Below, in pieces: positions 9,041 to 18,588 of a stretch of 64,000 nt of DNA. The first letter of the stretch is position 1; every line of letters begins with the position of its first letter. A program made the position numbers and the translations under genes. Source of the stretch: Patescibacteria group bacterium (GTDB lineage: Bacteria > Patescibacteriota > Saccharimonadia > CAILAD01 > BJGX01); assembly GCA_026397045.1 (NCBI GenBank), contig JAPLVO010000008.1, positions 20,850-84,849 on the forward strand. Direction: 5' to 3'. The notes below the pieces were generated by a model that made no database searches, was not told the DNA's origin, and worked only from the letters and a program-made list of their open reading frames with translations.

Positions 9041-11317
9041 ATGCCAAAGAATTTAGTAATAGTCGAATCTCCTGCAAAGGCGAAAACCATAGAAAAATAT
9101 CTGGGTGGTGATTTTGAAGTACTTAGCAGTATGGGTCATATTCGAGACCTCCCGAAGAGTGGTATAGGAATTGATATTGAAAACAAATTCAAGCCTGACT
9201 ATGCTGTGACGGCTGACAAAACGAAGATCGTAAGTGCCCTTAAAAAGGCTGCAAAAGGCAAGGAAGTGTGGCTAGCAACTGACGAAGACCGAGAAGGGGA
9301 GGCTATAAGCTGGCATTTATGCAGTGTGTTGAAGCTGGATCCTGCTAAGACCAAGCGAATCACCTTCCACGAGATTACAAAGCCGGCTATCGAGGAATCT
9401 ATTAAGCACCCTAGAAATGTCGACCTTAATATTGTGGATGCTCAGCAAGCCCGAAGGATACTAGACAGGCTGGTAGGCTATGAGCTCAGCCCAGTGCTGT
9501 GGAAAAAGATTCAAACTGGCTTGAGTGCTGGTAGAGTCCAATCGGTGGCTGTCCGAATAATAGTAGATAAAGAAAGAGAAATTGAAAAGTTTGATTTGAA
9601 ATATGATTACAAGGTTACGGGAGTTTTTACCTTGCCAGATGGCAATTCACTGAAAGCTGAGCTATCGACTAGGCTGCCTGATTCTAAGAAGACTGAAAAA
9701 TTTCTACAAGAGCTAATAGGCAAATCATATAAAGTATCAGATGTTACGAAAAGGCCTTCGAAGAAGAGCCCAGCACCACCTTTTACAACCTCTACTTTGC
9801 AGCAAGCTGCCTCTAGCCGGCTAGGGTATTCTGTTAAGCAAACCATGGTACTAGCCCAAAAGCTATACGAGGCTGGACATATTAGCTACATGCGTACCGA
9901 CTCAGTCAACCTTTCTAAGACAGCTCTTGATCAAGCTGAGAAGCAAATTCGATCCGAATATGGGGACAAATTTTATAACAAAAGGATATATAAAACCAAG
10001 AGCTCTAGTGCACAAGAAGCTCATGAAGCCATAAGGCCGACAGATTTTACCCTCTCTAGTGCGGGGGCTGAGCCCAAACAAATAAAGCTCTATAATTTGA
10101 TATGGTCGAGAGCAATTTCATCACAAATGGCTGATGCCCAAATCGAGAAAACTCGAGTAACTATCGCAATTGACTCTATAAAAGAAGTGTTTTTGGCTAA
10201 AGGTGAGGTAGTGGTCTTTCCGGGTTTTCTTTCAGCTTACCTATCGCCCAGCCAAGCCGACCCAAATATTTTGCCTAAGCTAACTGCTAATGACATTGTT
10301 ACTCCAACTGAAATATTAGCTAACCAAACTTATTCCCGACCACCAGCCAGGTATTCTGAAGCCTCCTTGGTTAAAAAGCTCGAATCGGAGGGGATTGGGC
10401 GTCCAAGCACATACGCTCCGACAATTTCCACTATACAGGCCCGAGGCTATGTACAAAAATCAAATGATGACGGCAAGACAAGAAATATTGAAGTATTTAA
10501 ACTCGCAGCTGGCGAGCTCACAAAAAATACCCAAGAAGAAAAATATGACACTGATCGGACTCGACTTGTACCGACAGATACCGGTACTGTTGTCACCGAT
10601 TTTTTGGTTAAGTATTTCACAGAGATCCTAGATCCACAATTTACTGCTAAAGTCGAAAAGCAGTTTGACTTGATCGCAGAAGGCAAGGAAAAGTGGCAGA
10701 AAATGTTAGGTGAGTTTTATAAGCCATTCCATGAACTTATCACTTCCTCGGAAGATATTTCTAGAAAGGAAGCTAGCCAAAATAGAGTGCTAGGCGTGGA
10801 CCCAAAGAGTAAAAAACCCATTATCGCCAGGCTGGGAAGGTTTGGTGCCATGATTCAGATCGGCGAGGTAGAGGACGAGGAAAAGCCTAAATTCGCACCA
10901 ATGCCAGAAGGTCGTAAGATTGCTGATGTAACTCTAGAAGAGGCACTGAAGATGTTCGAGCTCCCGAGGACTGTTGGCGAATTACAAGATGGCACCCAAA
11001 TAGTTGCCACTACCGGCCGTTTTGGACCCTATTTGAAGGCTGGAGCTCTAAATGTTTCGCTAAAAGGCGAGGACCCTTTTACCGTTACCGAGAAAAAAGC
11101 ACTAGAGCTAGTAGCTGAATACCAGAAAATGCTTGATGAGCGCATCATATTAGATTTCCCAGAAGAATCGATCCAGGTACTTAATGGGCGATACGGGCCA
11201 TATATTACTAATGGTAAATCTAATGCCAAGATTCCTAAGGGTACTGAGCCCAAAACACTCAAGCTGAAGGATTGCCAACTTCTTCTGAGTGCTAAAAAGA
11301 CGAAATCTAAAAAATAA
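9041..11317 (+). CDS. topA: DNA topoisomerase I with C-terminal Topo_C repeats (no Zn ribbons)
   Basis: IVESPAKAKTI, ATDEDREGE, SAGRVQS, YMRTDS, AHEAIRPT, repeated GRFGPY motifs. Confidence 0.97.
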   Translation: MPKNLVIVESPAKAKTIEKYLGGDFEVLSSMGHIRDLPKSGIGIDIENKFKPDYAVTADKTKIVSALKKAAKGKEVWLATDEDREGEAISWHLCSVLKLDPAKTKRITFHEITKPAIEESIKHPRNVDLNIVDAQQARRILDRLVGYELSPVLWKKIQTGLSAGRVQSVAVRIIVDKEREIEKFDLKYDYKVTGVFTLPDGNSLKAELSTRLPDSKKTEKFLQELIGKSYKVSDVTKRPSKKSPAPPFTTSTLQQAASSRLGYSVKQTMVLAQKLYEAGHISYMRTDSVNLSKTALDQAEKQIRSEYGDKFYNKRIYKTKSSSAQEAHEAIRPTDFTLSSAGAEPKQIKLYNLIWSRAISSQMADAQIEKTRVTIAIDSIKEVFLAKGEVVVFPGFLSAYLSPSQADPNILPKLTANDIVTPTEILANQTYSRPPARYSEASLVKKLESEGIGRPSTYAPTISTIQARGYVQKSNDDGKTRNIEVFKLAAGELTKNTQEEKYDTDRTRLVPTDTGTVVTDFLVKYFTEILDPQFTAKVEKQFDLIAEGKEKWQKMLGEFYKPFHELITSSEDISRKEASQNRVLGVDPKSKKPIIARLGRFGAMIQIGEVEDEEKPKFAPMPEGRKIADVTLEEALKMFELPRTVGELQDGTQIVATTGRFGPYLKAGALNVSLKGEDPFTVTEKKALELVAEYQKMLDERIILDFPEESIQVLNGRYGPYITNGKSNAKIPKGTEPKTLKLKDCQLLLSAKKTKSKK

Positions 11318-11319
11318 AG

Positions 11320-11348
11320 TTGACCGTAACTAGTATAAATGATATAAT
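11320..11348 (+). promoter_or_regulatory. Near-consensus sigma70 promoter
   Basis: TTGACC-17nt-TATAAT with an extended -10 TG. Confidence 0.75.
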
Positions 11349-11402
11349 AATATTCATGTGAAGTGGCCTAGAACGGCTATTTTGTGAATTAGAATAAACT
11401 TT

Positions 11403-12419
11403 ATGACTAAATATACTTCTCAACAGCTTAATACCCTCGTAGACGATGCTCTAGGTAGCCTTAAAAAAGACCGTGATAAGGAAGTCCTTCGGAGGCGTGG
11501 GGGTATTAATGTCGAGGCTCAGACGCTCGAACAGATTGGCCGAGATCTTAATATTACTCGAGAAAGGGTTCGTCAGATAGAAAAGGCGGCCCTTATTAAG
11601 ATTAGGGAGCTAAATAACCATGATTATGATTTTTCCAGGTCTATCATGGAGATATTATCGCAAAAAGGTGGGCTTGTAAGCCTGATGAGTGTAAATACCG
11701 AACTTGGGCTTGACCACACAAGAGAGCCTCAAGCTATATTTCTTATCAGGACCAACCCTTCGATGCTGTTTATTGACCGTAACGACCACCACCTGCGCAT
11801 CGTAGGTGATTCTTCGGTATTCACTCAAGAAAAGATTAAAGATGCCCATGATGCCCTCGTAGAAGTAATCAGGCAAAATGGTAAGCCAGCCAAGTTTGCC
11901 AGTATTTACAAGCTGATAGATGGTCCACACAGCGAAGATAGCCTGGCTGAGCTAGCTAAAGCTTCGAACTATCTAGCCGAGCTGGATGGTAGCTGGGGCC
12001 TAACTAGCTGGCCAGAGGTAAACCCAAAAAGTATTCGAGACAAAATATACCTTGTACTAAAAAAGGTGGGGCGCCCGATGCATTTCTCCGATATTGCTGA
12101 AAAAATTTCTTATTTAGCTGCTAACCCTAAAAAGGTGACTACCCAGGCTGTACACAATGAACTTATTAAAGACAAAAGATTTGTGTTGATAGGTCGTGGC
12201 ATCTATGCATTAGCAGAATGGGGCTACCGATCGGGCACTGTTGCTGATATCATAGAGGAGATCCTTAAAGAAGAGGCTGGACCTCTCAATAAAGATGAAA
12301 TTGTAAAGCGAGTTCTTGCAAGGCGTCAAGTAAAGACGACTACTATAGTCCTAAATCTTCAAGAAAAGCCACAATTTAAGAGAGTAAAAAAGGGCGTCTA
12401 TACTCTTACTAGTAGCTAA
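11403..12419 (+). CDS. Sigma70 region-4 + winged-HTH (HARE-HTH/RpoE-delta-like) protein
   Basis: TLEQIG..LNITRERVRQIE at the N-terminus; VHNELIKDKRFVLIGRGIYALAEWGY at the C-terminus; no sigma region 2. Confidence 0.8.
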   Translation: MTKYTSQQLNTLVDDALGSLKKDRDKEVLRRRGGINVEAQTLEQIGRDLNITRERVRQIEKAALIKIRELNNHDYDFSRSIMEILSQKGGLVSLMSVNTELGLDHTREPQAIFLIRTNPSMLFIDRNDHHLRIVGDSSVFTQEKIKDAHDALVEVIRQNGKPAKFASIYKLIDGPHSEDSLAELAKASNYLAELDGSWGLTSWPEVNPKSIRDKIYLVLKKVGRPMHFSDIAEKISYLAANPKKVTTQAVHNELIKDKRFVLIGRGIYALAEWGYRSGTVADIIEEILKEEAGPLNKDEIVKRVLARRQVKTTTIVLNLQEKPQFKRVKKGVYTLTSS

Positions 12420-12471
12420 AAAAGCAAAATATTAAAGGCAAGCGTATCACAGGCCTCTTTAGTCAAAAAAT

Positions 12472-15144
12472 ATGGAAATAATAATCAACATAATTACAAC
12501 TCTAGCCCAAACCATAGGAATTATCCTTTTCCAGTTTTGGGGCTGGGTTTTTATTGCCGGCTGGTTGGCCTATCAAATTTACTCTAATAATAAAAAAATC
12601 GCCTACATCGATCGAATCGACCATACATTATTACAAATCATAGTGCCCAAAGACAACGAAAAGAGTGAATTATCTGCCGAGCAGCTGTTTGCGAGTCTGC
12701 ATGGAATATTAAAACCAATCAAAGAAGATTCAGCCATTCAAGAGCACATTAGCTTCGAGATAGTTAGCCACGATCACCTCATATATTTTTATGTATGGTG
12801 TCCTAGGCACCTAAAGGACTATGTAGAGAGTCAAATATATGCTCAATACCCATTAGTCCAGATAACCGAAATGGATAAAGATTATAGTAAAAAGGACTTA
12901 TTGGGTCGAACCGCCTTTACGACAGAGGTTGTACTGGTTAAAAATCAAATCTTCCCTATAAAAACATTCGCAACATTCGAGGTTGACCCTTTAGCAGGGC
13001 TAACTACTGTACTGTCGAGTCTTGGTGATAGCGAAGAAATTTGGATTCAAATGCTACTGGAACCAGTCGATGACAGCTGGCATAAGGCATCTTTAGCCTA
13101 TGTAGATGAAGTCAAGAATGGAAAGAAGTTAGGACTATCGGACGATTTACGCAACAAGTCCTTGAAGGCTCCCGGAAAACTAATCAGCAGCTTGGTCTCC
13201 GCTGCTTTTACGCCTGAAACATACCGTGAAAATTCATCGGCAAAGAGTAAAGGTGGTGATAAAAAAGAATTATCTCCAGGGCAGACCACACTTTTGGCGG
13301 CCGTTGAAGCAAAAGCAGAGAAGCTAGGCTATGGGGTTAAGATACGAGTATGCTATATTGGCCAAAATCCAGCGGCTGCAAAGCAACGCTTGCAGGCTCT
13401 GGTTGGTGGCTTTAAGCAATTCAATACAGTCAATTTGAATGGTTTTGGTGGAACCCAAATGGTTGAGGGGACGGATGGGCTAGAAGACTACCAATCGAGA
13501 AAATTCGAAGACGATGGCTACATACTAAATATCGAAGAGGCGGCTAGTATATTTCATTTGCCCCACACCAGCGTGGAGACCCCCAATATAGCCTACACCT
13601 CGACCAAAGTAGGGGAGCCGCCCGCGGGACTACCAACCCTAAATAACACTAAAGCCGAAGACCTAAGCCTGTTTGGCAGCACTACTTTTAGGCAGGGGAA
13701 TATAAAATTCGGAATTAAAAGAATAGACCGCGAGAGGCACCTCTATATTATTGGAAAGAGTGGAGTCGGAAAATCATTTATGCTTAACTTGCTGACTCTG
13801 AGTGATATATATCAAAATGAAGGCTTCGCGGTAGTGGACCCACATGGGGATTTTGCACAAGACATTATGAAGTTTATACCTGAGAATCGAATCAAAGATG
13901 TTATCTACATCAACCCAGATGATTCCAACTTCCCCGTAGCATTTAACCCCATGGAGTACACGGATGAAAATCGGCGAAATAATATAGCCTCCGAAATAGT
14001 TGGTGTACTAAAAAAGATGTTCGGAGATAGCTGGGGTCCTAGACTAGAGCATATTTTGAGGTTTACTCTATTGGCATTACTAGAGACACCCGACACAACA
14101 ATGCTAGGCATTACCCGAATGTTAACCGACAAAAACTACCGCAAAACGATTGTGGATAACATATCTGATCCTATCGTGAAAGCCTTCTGGGTTACAGAGT
14201 TCGCTAGCTGGAACGATAAATTTGCCTCAGAAGCTGTTCAGCCAGTCCTCAACAAAGTTGGGGCCTTCACTGCTGTGCCGATCGTTAGAAATATTATCGG
14301 CCAGCCTAAGAGCTCATTTTCATTCAGAGAAGCTATGGATAATGGCAAGATAATTATTGTCAATTTAAGTAGGGGCTTAATTGGTGAGGACAACGCCGCA
14401 ATATTAGGTTCACTAATTATTACCAAAATCCAACTCGATGCCATGAGTAGATCTGATATAAAAAATGTTGCTGATCGAAGGCCATTCTACCTATATGTAG
14501 ATGAGTTTCAGAATTTTGCGACCGAGTCTTTTGCCGTCATATTATCCGAAGCCCGAAAGTATGGCCTAAGATTGACAGTAGCTAATCAGTACATCTCGCA
14601 GATGCCTGATGAAGTTAGGGACGCGGTGTTTGGCAATGTTGGCTCAATGGTAACCTTCCGTGTTGGTGCTGATGACGCCGACTACCTATCAAAGTACTTT
14701 GAGCCGGTATTTGAGCCTAAAGACCTTGTAAACCTTGATAAGCGAGATATATATGTATCTATGAGCATTGGCGGACAAACCTCTAATGCGTTTAGTGCCA
14801 AGAGCCTAAATATGCCAACTCCACAATATGATCATACCCAAGCAATTATAGAAAACTCGCGAGAGAATTACTCTTTGAAGAGGGCAGATGTAGAGGCTCT
14901 AATCGCAAACTGGGTATCCCCGGAAAGTCCCAAGGGAAATGAATCTAATGGCAAACCACAGTTGACTGGAGGCAATAGTGCTAATCCCGTCGCTAACACA
15001 GCTTCTGCTAAGCCTGCTCAGATAAGGCCAGAAATAAGCGGCGTAGAGCCCAAAAAATATAGTGAGCTGATTAAAAGCAAGCCTAATACTAATCGCAAAA
15101 GATACAACAATAGCAACAAGTATAAGAGTAATAAGTCATATTAG
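12472..15144 (+). CDS. Membrane-anchored VirD4/TraG/HerA-like P-loop ATPase
   Basis: HLYIIGKSGVGKS, DPHGD, LYVDEFQNF, EARKYGL..ANQY; N-terminal TM segment. Confidence 0.88.
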   Translation: MEIIINIITTLAQTIGIILFQFWGWVFIAGWLAYQIYSNNKKIAYIDRIDHTLLQIIVPKDNEKSELSAEQLFASLHGILKPIKEDSAIQEHISFEIVSHDHLIYFYVWCPRHLKDYVESQIYAQYPLVQITEMDKDYSKKDLLGRTAFTTEVVLVKNQIFPIKTFATFEVDPLAGLTTVLSSLGDSEEIWIQMLLEPVDDSWHKASLAYVDEVKNGKKLGLSDDLRNKSLKAPGKLISSLVSAAFTPETYRENSSAKSKGGDKKELSPGQTTLLAAVEAKAEKLGYGVKIRVCYIGQNPAAAKQRLQALVGGFKQFNTVNLNGFGGTQMVEGTDGLEDYQSRKFEDDGYILNIEEAASIFHLPHTSVETPNIAYTSTKVGEPPAGLPTLNNTKAEDLSLFGSTTFRQGNIKFGIKRIDRERHLYIIGKSGVGKSFMLNLLTLSDIYQNEGFAVVDPHGDFAQDIMKFIPENRIKDVIYINPDDSNFPVAFNPMEYTDENRRNNIASEIVGVLKKMFGDSWGPRLEHILRFTLLALLETPDTTMLGITRMLTDKNYRKTIVDNISDPIVKAFWVTEFASWNDKFASEAVQPVLNKVGAFTAVPIVRNIIGQPKSSFSFREAMDNGKIIIVNLSRGLIGEDNAAILGSLIITKIQLDAMSRSDIKNVADRRPFYLYVDEFQNFATESFAVILSEARKYGLRLTVANQYISQMPDEVRDAVFGNVGSMVTFRVGADDADYLSKYFEPVFEPKDLVNLDKRDIYVSMSIGGQTSNAFSAKSLNMPTPQYDHTQAIIENSRENYSLKRADVEALIANWVSPESPKGNESNGKPQLTGGNSANPVANTASAKPAQIRPEISGVEPKKYSELIKSKPNTNRKRYNNSNKYKSNKSY

Positions 15145-15216
15145 AAAGTAGGCTCTTTTGCCTACGCAAAAGGTATAAAGAGCAGTACTGAGACACCTTA
15201 ATTAGGATATTTTATT

Positions 15217-15244
15217 GTGTCGCACAATATATCTTTTGCGACAT
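15217..15244. other. dif-like tyrosine-recombinase site (11-6-11)
   Basis: GTGTCGCACAA-TATATC-TTTTGCGACAT at the point where gene orientation flips from + to -. Confidence 0.6.
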
Positions 15245-15454
15245 GCGCAATATATTTACAGTAATTTAACGAATATTTTTTATATCCTGATATTATATCC
15301 ATTTGATAATTAGATATTTATTATCCACCATTCCCCTGTTTCCACTAATAGGGGCCGGGTGCCGTGAGACTGAGCATTCATGATGTATAGTTAATATAGC
15401 TAGTATTTAGCAATAAACAAAAACCGAACATAGGAGAGCGTTGAATAGTTACTA

Positions 15455-16282
15455 TTACTTGTAGAAGGCCCGGCCATCAACCCTTAAATCAATATATTCA
15501 GATGGTTTTTTATTCTCTGCGGCAAGTAAATCTAGTGTAGAGCTAAGCGATCTAATTTGCGATTCTGGTGATGCCAGAGAGTTAAATCTGATTTCGTACC
15601 CAGAGGTAGTTTGGACTCTGAGTTCTACAGTGGTATCTGATACGGACATCAGACTTGGCCCGAGATTACTCGACTTAATAAATTCGAAGACCTTATTGGT
15701 AAAGTCGACAAAATCCCTGCCGACAACTCTGTCTCCAGTTTTGGTAGGAATGTTACTATTATCATTTACAAGGGGTAGTTCGCCAAGCTGACCCGCCTGA
15801 AGCTCACTCATCACGCTACCATTGACCGACACTACATAACTCTTACTACCAGTTTTCCAGACCAACGAAGGTTTTTGTTCATCTGTCTTTATGCTAAGCC
15901 TGTTAGGAAAAGATTTCTGCACTATGATGGATTCTTGGCCCGTGAAAGTTTTCTGCAAGCTAGTCTTTAACTCTCCTCCATTCATAAAAAGCCAATTTCT
16001 TCCCAGTAGTCTAGATGACAAATACTTGTCTGTCTCTTCTTTTAGCCCCTGTGATAAAGATGTGTTCGGTCCTTGTACATCTACCCTACTTATCAGAAAT
16101 AGATTAGAGAAAAAAACTGCATAGGTAACCAATGTTAAAGCAATAATATAGGGAGAATAATGCCATAGTCTTCGCAGTATATCAGATAGCCTCATTGCTT
16201 CTTTGGGCTTGGCTGAGCCATCTGGATCATTACTTTTTAGAGGCATAAATTCATAAGCCCTTTTTACATCTCGACGCTTCAA
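15455..16282 (-). CDS. ftsQ: Cell division protein FtsQ/DivIB
   Basis: TM segment, POTRA-like region (KSFPNRLSI), C-terminal EYIDLRV..RAFYK; dcw context. Start uncertain. Confidence 0.85.
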   Translation of the reverse strand: MKRRDVKRAYEFMPLKSNDPDGSAKPKEAMRLSDILRRLWHYSPYIIALTLVTYAVFFSNLFLISRVDVQGPNTSLSQGLKEETDKYLSSRLLGRNWLFMNGGELKTSLQKTFTGQESIIVQKSFPNRLSIKTDEQKPSLVWKTGSKSYVVSVNGSVMSELQAGQLGELPLVNDNSNIPTKTGDRVVGRDFVDFTNKVFEFIKSSNLGPSLMSVSDTTVELRVQTTSGYEIRFNSLASPESQIRSLSSTLDLLAAENKKPSEYIDLRVDGRAFYK

Positions 16283-17430
16283 GCTTTTGCTCCAGGTGAA
16301 CTATGTTTGCCAGTGTTTACAATTATGTTTGCCAAATCCTCGGCTGAATTGGGTATGAAAAATTTATGAATTGTATCAGAAATATAAGCTAATGATTTTT
16401 TATCACCAATCAGCCTAGAGATCTCGTTAATAAGGCCCAAGCCTTCCATATCCTTTTGCTGTAGTAGCCTCACTGCCCCATGTTTTGACAAATACTGGGC
16501 ATTTTTTAATTGATGATCGTTAGTAGATGTTGGCAGAGGGATTATAATTGCTGGCTTGGACATCGCCGATAACTCCGCAAGTGAATTCATCCCGGCCCTC
16601 GAGACGACTACATCTGCCCAACGATATGCTGCAGGCATATCTTTTGATAAAAACCCTTCTGGCTGGTAGGATTTTTTTAGTTCTGCTGGAAGTCTGTGTC
16701 TCATGTATCTAGCCTTCTCTTCTCCCTGCTCTCCAGCAATATGCATAATATTAAAATTCTTAGTAAAAAGTTCTAAATTATTAAAAATGTTTTCGTTGAT
16801 CTCTGCCGCTCCCTGGGAGCCTGCGAAAACTAGTATGTTCGGTTTTTGTCCGCTACTCTCTCTCGTGCGACCCGGCCCGAGTCGAGTAAACTCTGGCCTT
16901 ACCGGGTTACCGGTGAAAAACAGCTTACTACTAGCGATATCAGGGTACAAGGTGGTTGGGAAGCTAACTCCAACAGCTTTGGCGTGTTTAGATAGTATCC
17001 GATTTGTTTTACCCATAATAGAATCTGATTCGTGTATTACATATGGCACTTTTGCCCTGCCTGCCGCTAAGCCGACTGGCAAGCCAACATAACCACCTTT
17101 TATAAATACTACATCAGGCTTAAATTGCTTTATGATTTTTCGGCTAAGTGAATAAGCCTTTATCACCCTACTAATATCCTTTATGTTATGCAGCTGGGTC
17201 TTAAGATCAGCAATCTCCCTTGCTCCTCCCCTGCCATAACGGCGATACTTGCCACTAGGTATTACTTTGTAGCTAATATTTGCCTCTTTTAGAAGCCTGA
17301 GCTCATAATCCTTGCCGGAACATACGAACAAAATATCAGAATCAGGACTTAGCTTGCGAATCGATGCGATTACGGCTAGAACTGGCGATATGTGACCTGC
17401 GGTTCCGCCCCCTACTACTAGTATCTTCAT
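16279..17430 (-). CDS. murG: Lipid II GlcNAc transferase MurG
   Basis: GGGTAGH, KGGYVGLP, HESD, TGNPVR, GSQGA, SRAG, HQ..NA; AGGAGG SD inside the 3' end of ftsW. Confidence 0.95.
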   Translation of the reverse strand: MKILVVGGGTAGHISPVLAVIASIRKLSPDSDILFVCSGKDYELRLLKEANISYKVIPSGKYRRYGRGGAREIADLKTQLHNIKDISRVIKAYSLSRKIIKQFKPDVVFIKGGYVGLPVGLAAGRAKVPYVIHESDSIMGKTNRILSKHAKAVGVSFPTTLYPDIASSKLFFTGNPVRPEFTRLGPGRTRESSGQKPNILVFAGSQGAAEINENIFNNLELFTKNFNIMHIAGEQGEEKARYMRHRLPAELKKSYQPEGFLSKDMPAAYRWADVVVSRAGMNSLAELSAMSKPAIIIPLPTSTNDHQLKNAQYLSKHGAVRLLQQKDMEGLGLINEISRLIGDKKSLAYISDTIHKFFIPNSAEDLANIIVNTGKHSSPGAKA

Positions 17431-18577
17431 CATAGACCTCCTTATATGTATATTTAGAAATATTCTGCAAGATACCAATTCCTCCCAATAAAGCTACTAG
17501 GCTGGTTCCGCCATAGCTTACAAAGGGCAATGGTATGCCAGTCAACGGTATAATATTAAGCATAGCAGATATATTAATTATCGACTGAAAACCGATCCAG
17601 CAGCTTATACCTATGGCCAATAACCTACCAAAGTTATCTGGCGCCGACTTAGCTATTTTCACACCTCTCCAGACAAGAGCAGTGAAGACTACTATTATAC
17701 TACTAGTGCCAATCAAGCCAAACTCTTCGCCGATGATGGCAAAAATAGAGTCATTGGTGGCCTCTGGAAGGTAGCCGTATGCCTGAAGGCTTTTACCAAG
17801 GCCTCGGCCCAAAAAACCGCCACTGCCTAGGGCGATCAAGGCCTGGTTAATGTGATAGCCAGAACCTGCTGTATCATCGCTGGAGTTAAGAAATGTTGCC
17901 AACCTAGCTAACCTATATGGAGCGATTAAGATAAGTACCCCAGCACCACCGACTAGGCTTAATGCGGCAGCACTGAAATTCCATATAGGAACACCGGACA
18001 CCAAATACATAGATAGCATTGTCAAAATTATAACCATTGCACTGCCCATGTCTTTTTGTAAAAGAATTGCACTGGCTGCGACAAGTAGTATTAAGAACAT
18101 AAATGGCACCAGGCTTTCGAAGGGGCTCTTTAGTTTGTCTTTATTTTTGCTTAGCCAGGTTGCCATAAATATCACCGAGCCGACCTTCAAGAATTCTACT
18201 GGCTGGAAGTTGATAAAGCCTATTTTGACCCATCTAGTGGCACCACCGCTACTAACTGCAACCCCCGGAATAAGAACTAAGAACATCAGTGCGAAAGCTC
18301 CCCAAAATATCGGCGTGGCATATTTCTGCCAAAAATGGTAGTCGGTTTTAGCCGCTATGATCCAGGCGAATAATCCCACTACTAGCCCAGCCAGTTGCTT
18401 AAAGAAAAAAGAATTATTATCACTCTCGCCTGCAGTTTGCTTCAATATAGCAATCCACCCAGTAGAGAAAATCAAAATAAGACCAACGCCGACTAATATA
18501 CCTACTAATATGGTGAGTAAATAATCTGGTCGGTGCTTATAAAATATAGTTTTTTTTGTTTTATTTTTTGGTAGCAT
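17342..18577 (-). CDS. ftsW: SEDS peptidoglycan polymerase FtsW
   Basis: GATRW, FQPVEFLK, LPEATNDSIF, PLTGIPLPFVSYGGTS. Confidence 0.95.
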   Translation of the reverse strand: MLPKNKTKKTIFYKHRPDYLLTILVGILVGVGLILIFSTGWIAILKQTAGESDNNSFFFKQLAGLVVGLFAWIIAAKTDYHFWQKYATPIFWGAFALMFLVLIPGVAVSSGGATRWVKIGFINFQPVEFLKVGSVIFMATWLSKNKDKLKSPFESLVPFMFLILLVAASAILLQKDMGSAMVIILTMLSMYLVSGVPIWNFSAAALSLVGGAGVLILIAPYRLARLATFLNSSDDTAGSGYHINQALIALGSGGFLGRGLGKSLQAYGYLPEATNDSIFAIIGEEFGLIGTSSIIVVFTALVWRGVKIAKSAPDNFGRLLAIGISCWIGFQSIINISAMLNIIPLTGIPLPFVSYGGTSLVALLGGIGILQNISKYTYKEVYDEDTSSRGRNRRSHIASSSRNRIDSQAKS

Positions 18578-18588
18578 TCTTTAGTATC

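Noticed and set aside
17342-17430. 89-nt ftsW/murG overlap as a frameshift or pseudogene
   Set aside because: Both proteins are complete and murG has its own AGGAGG SD; the overlap is a low-complexity FtsW tail.
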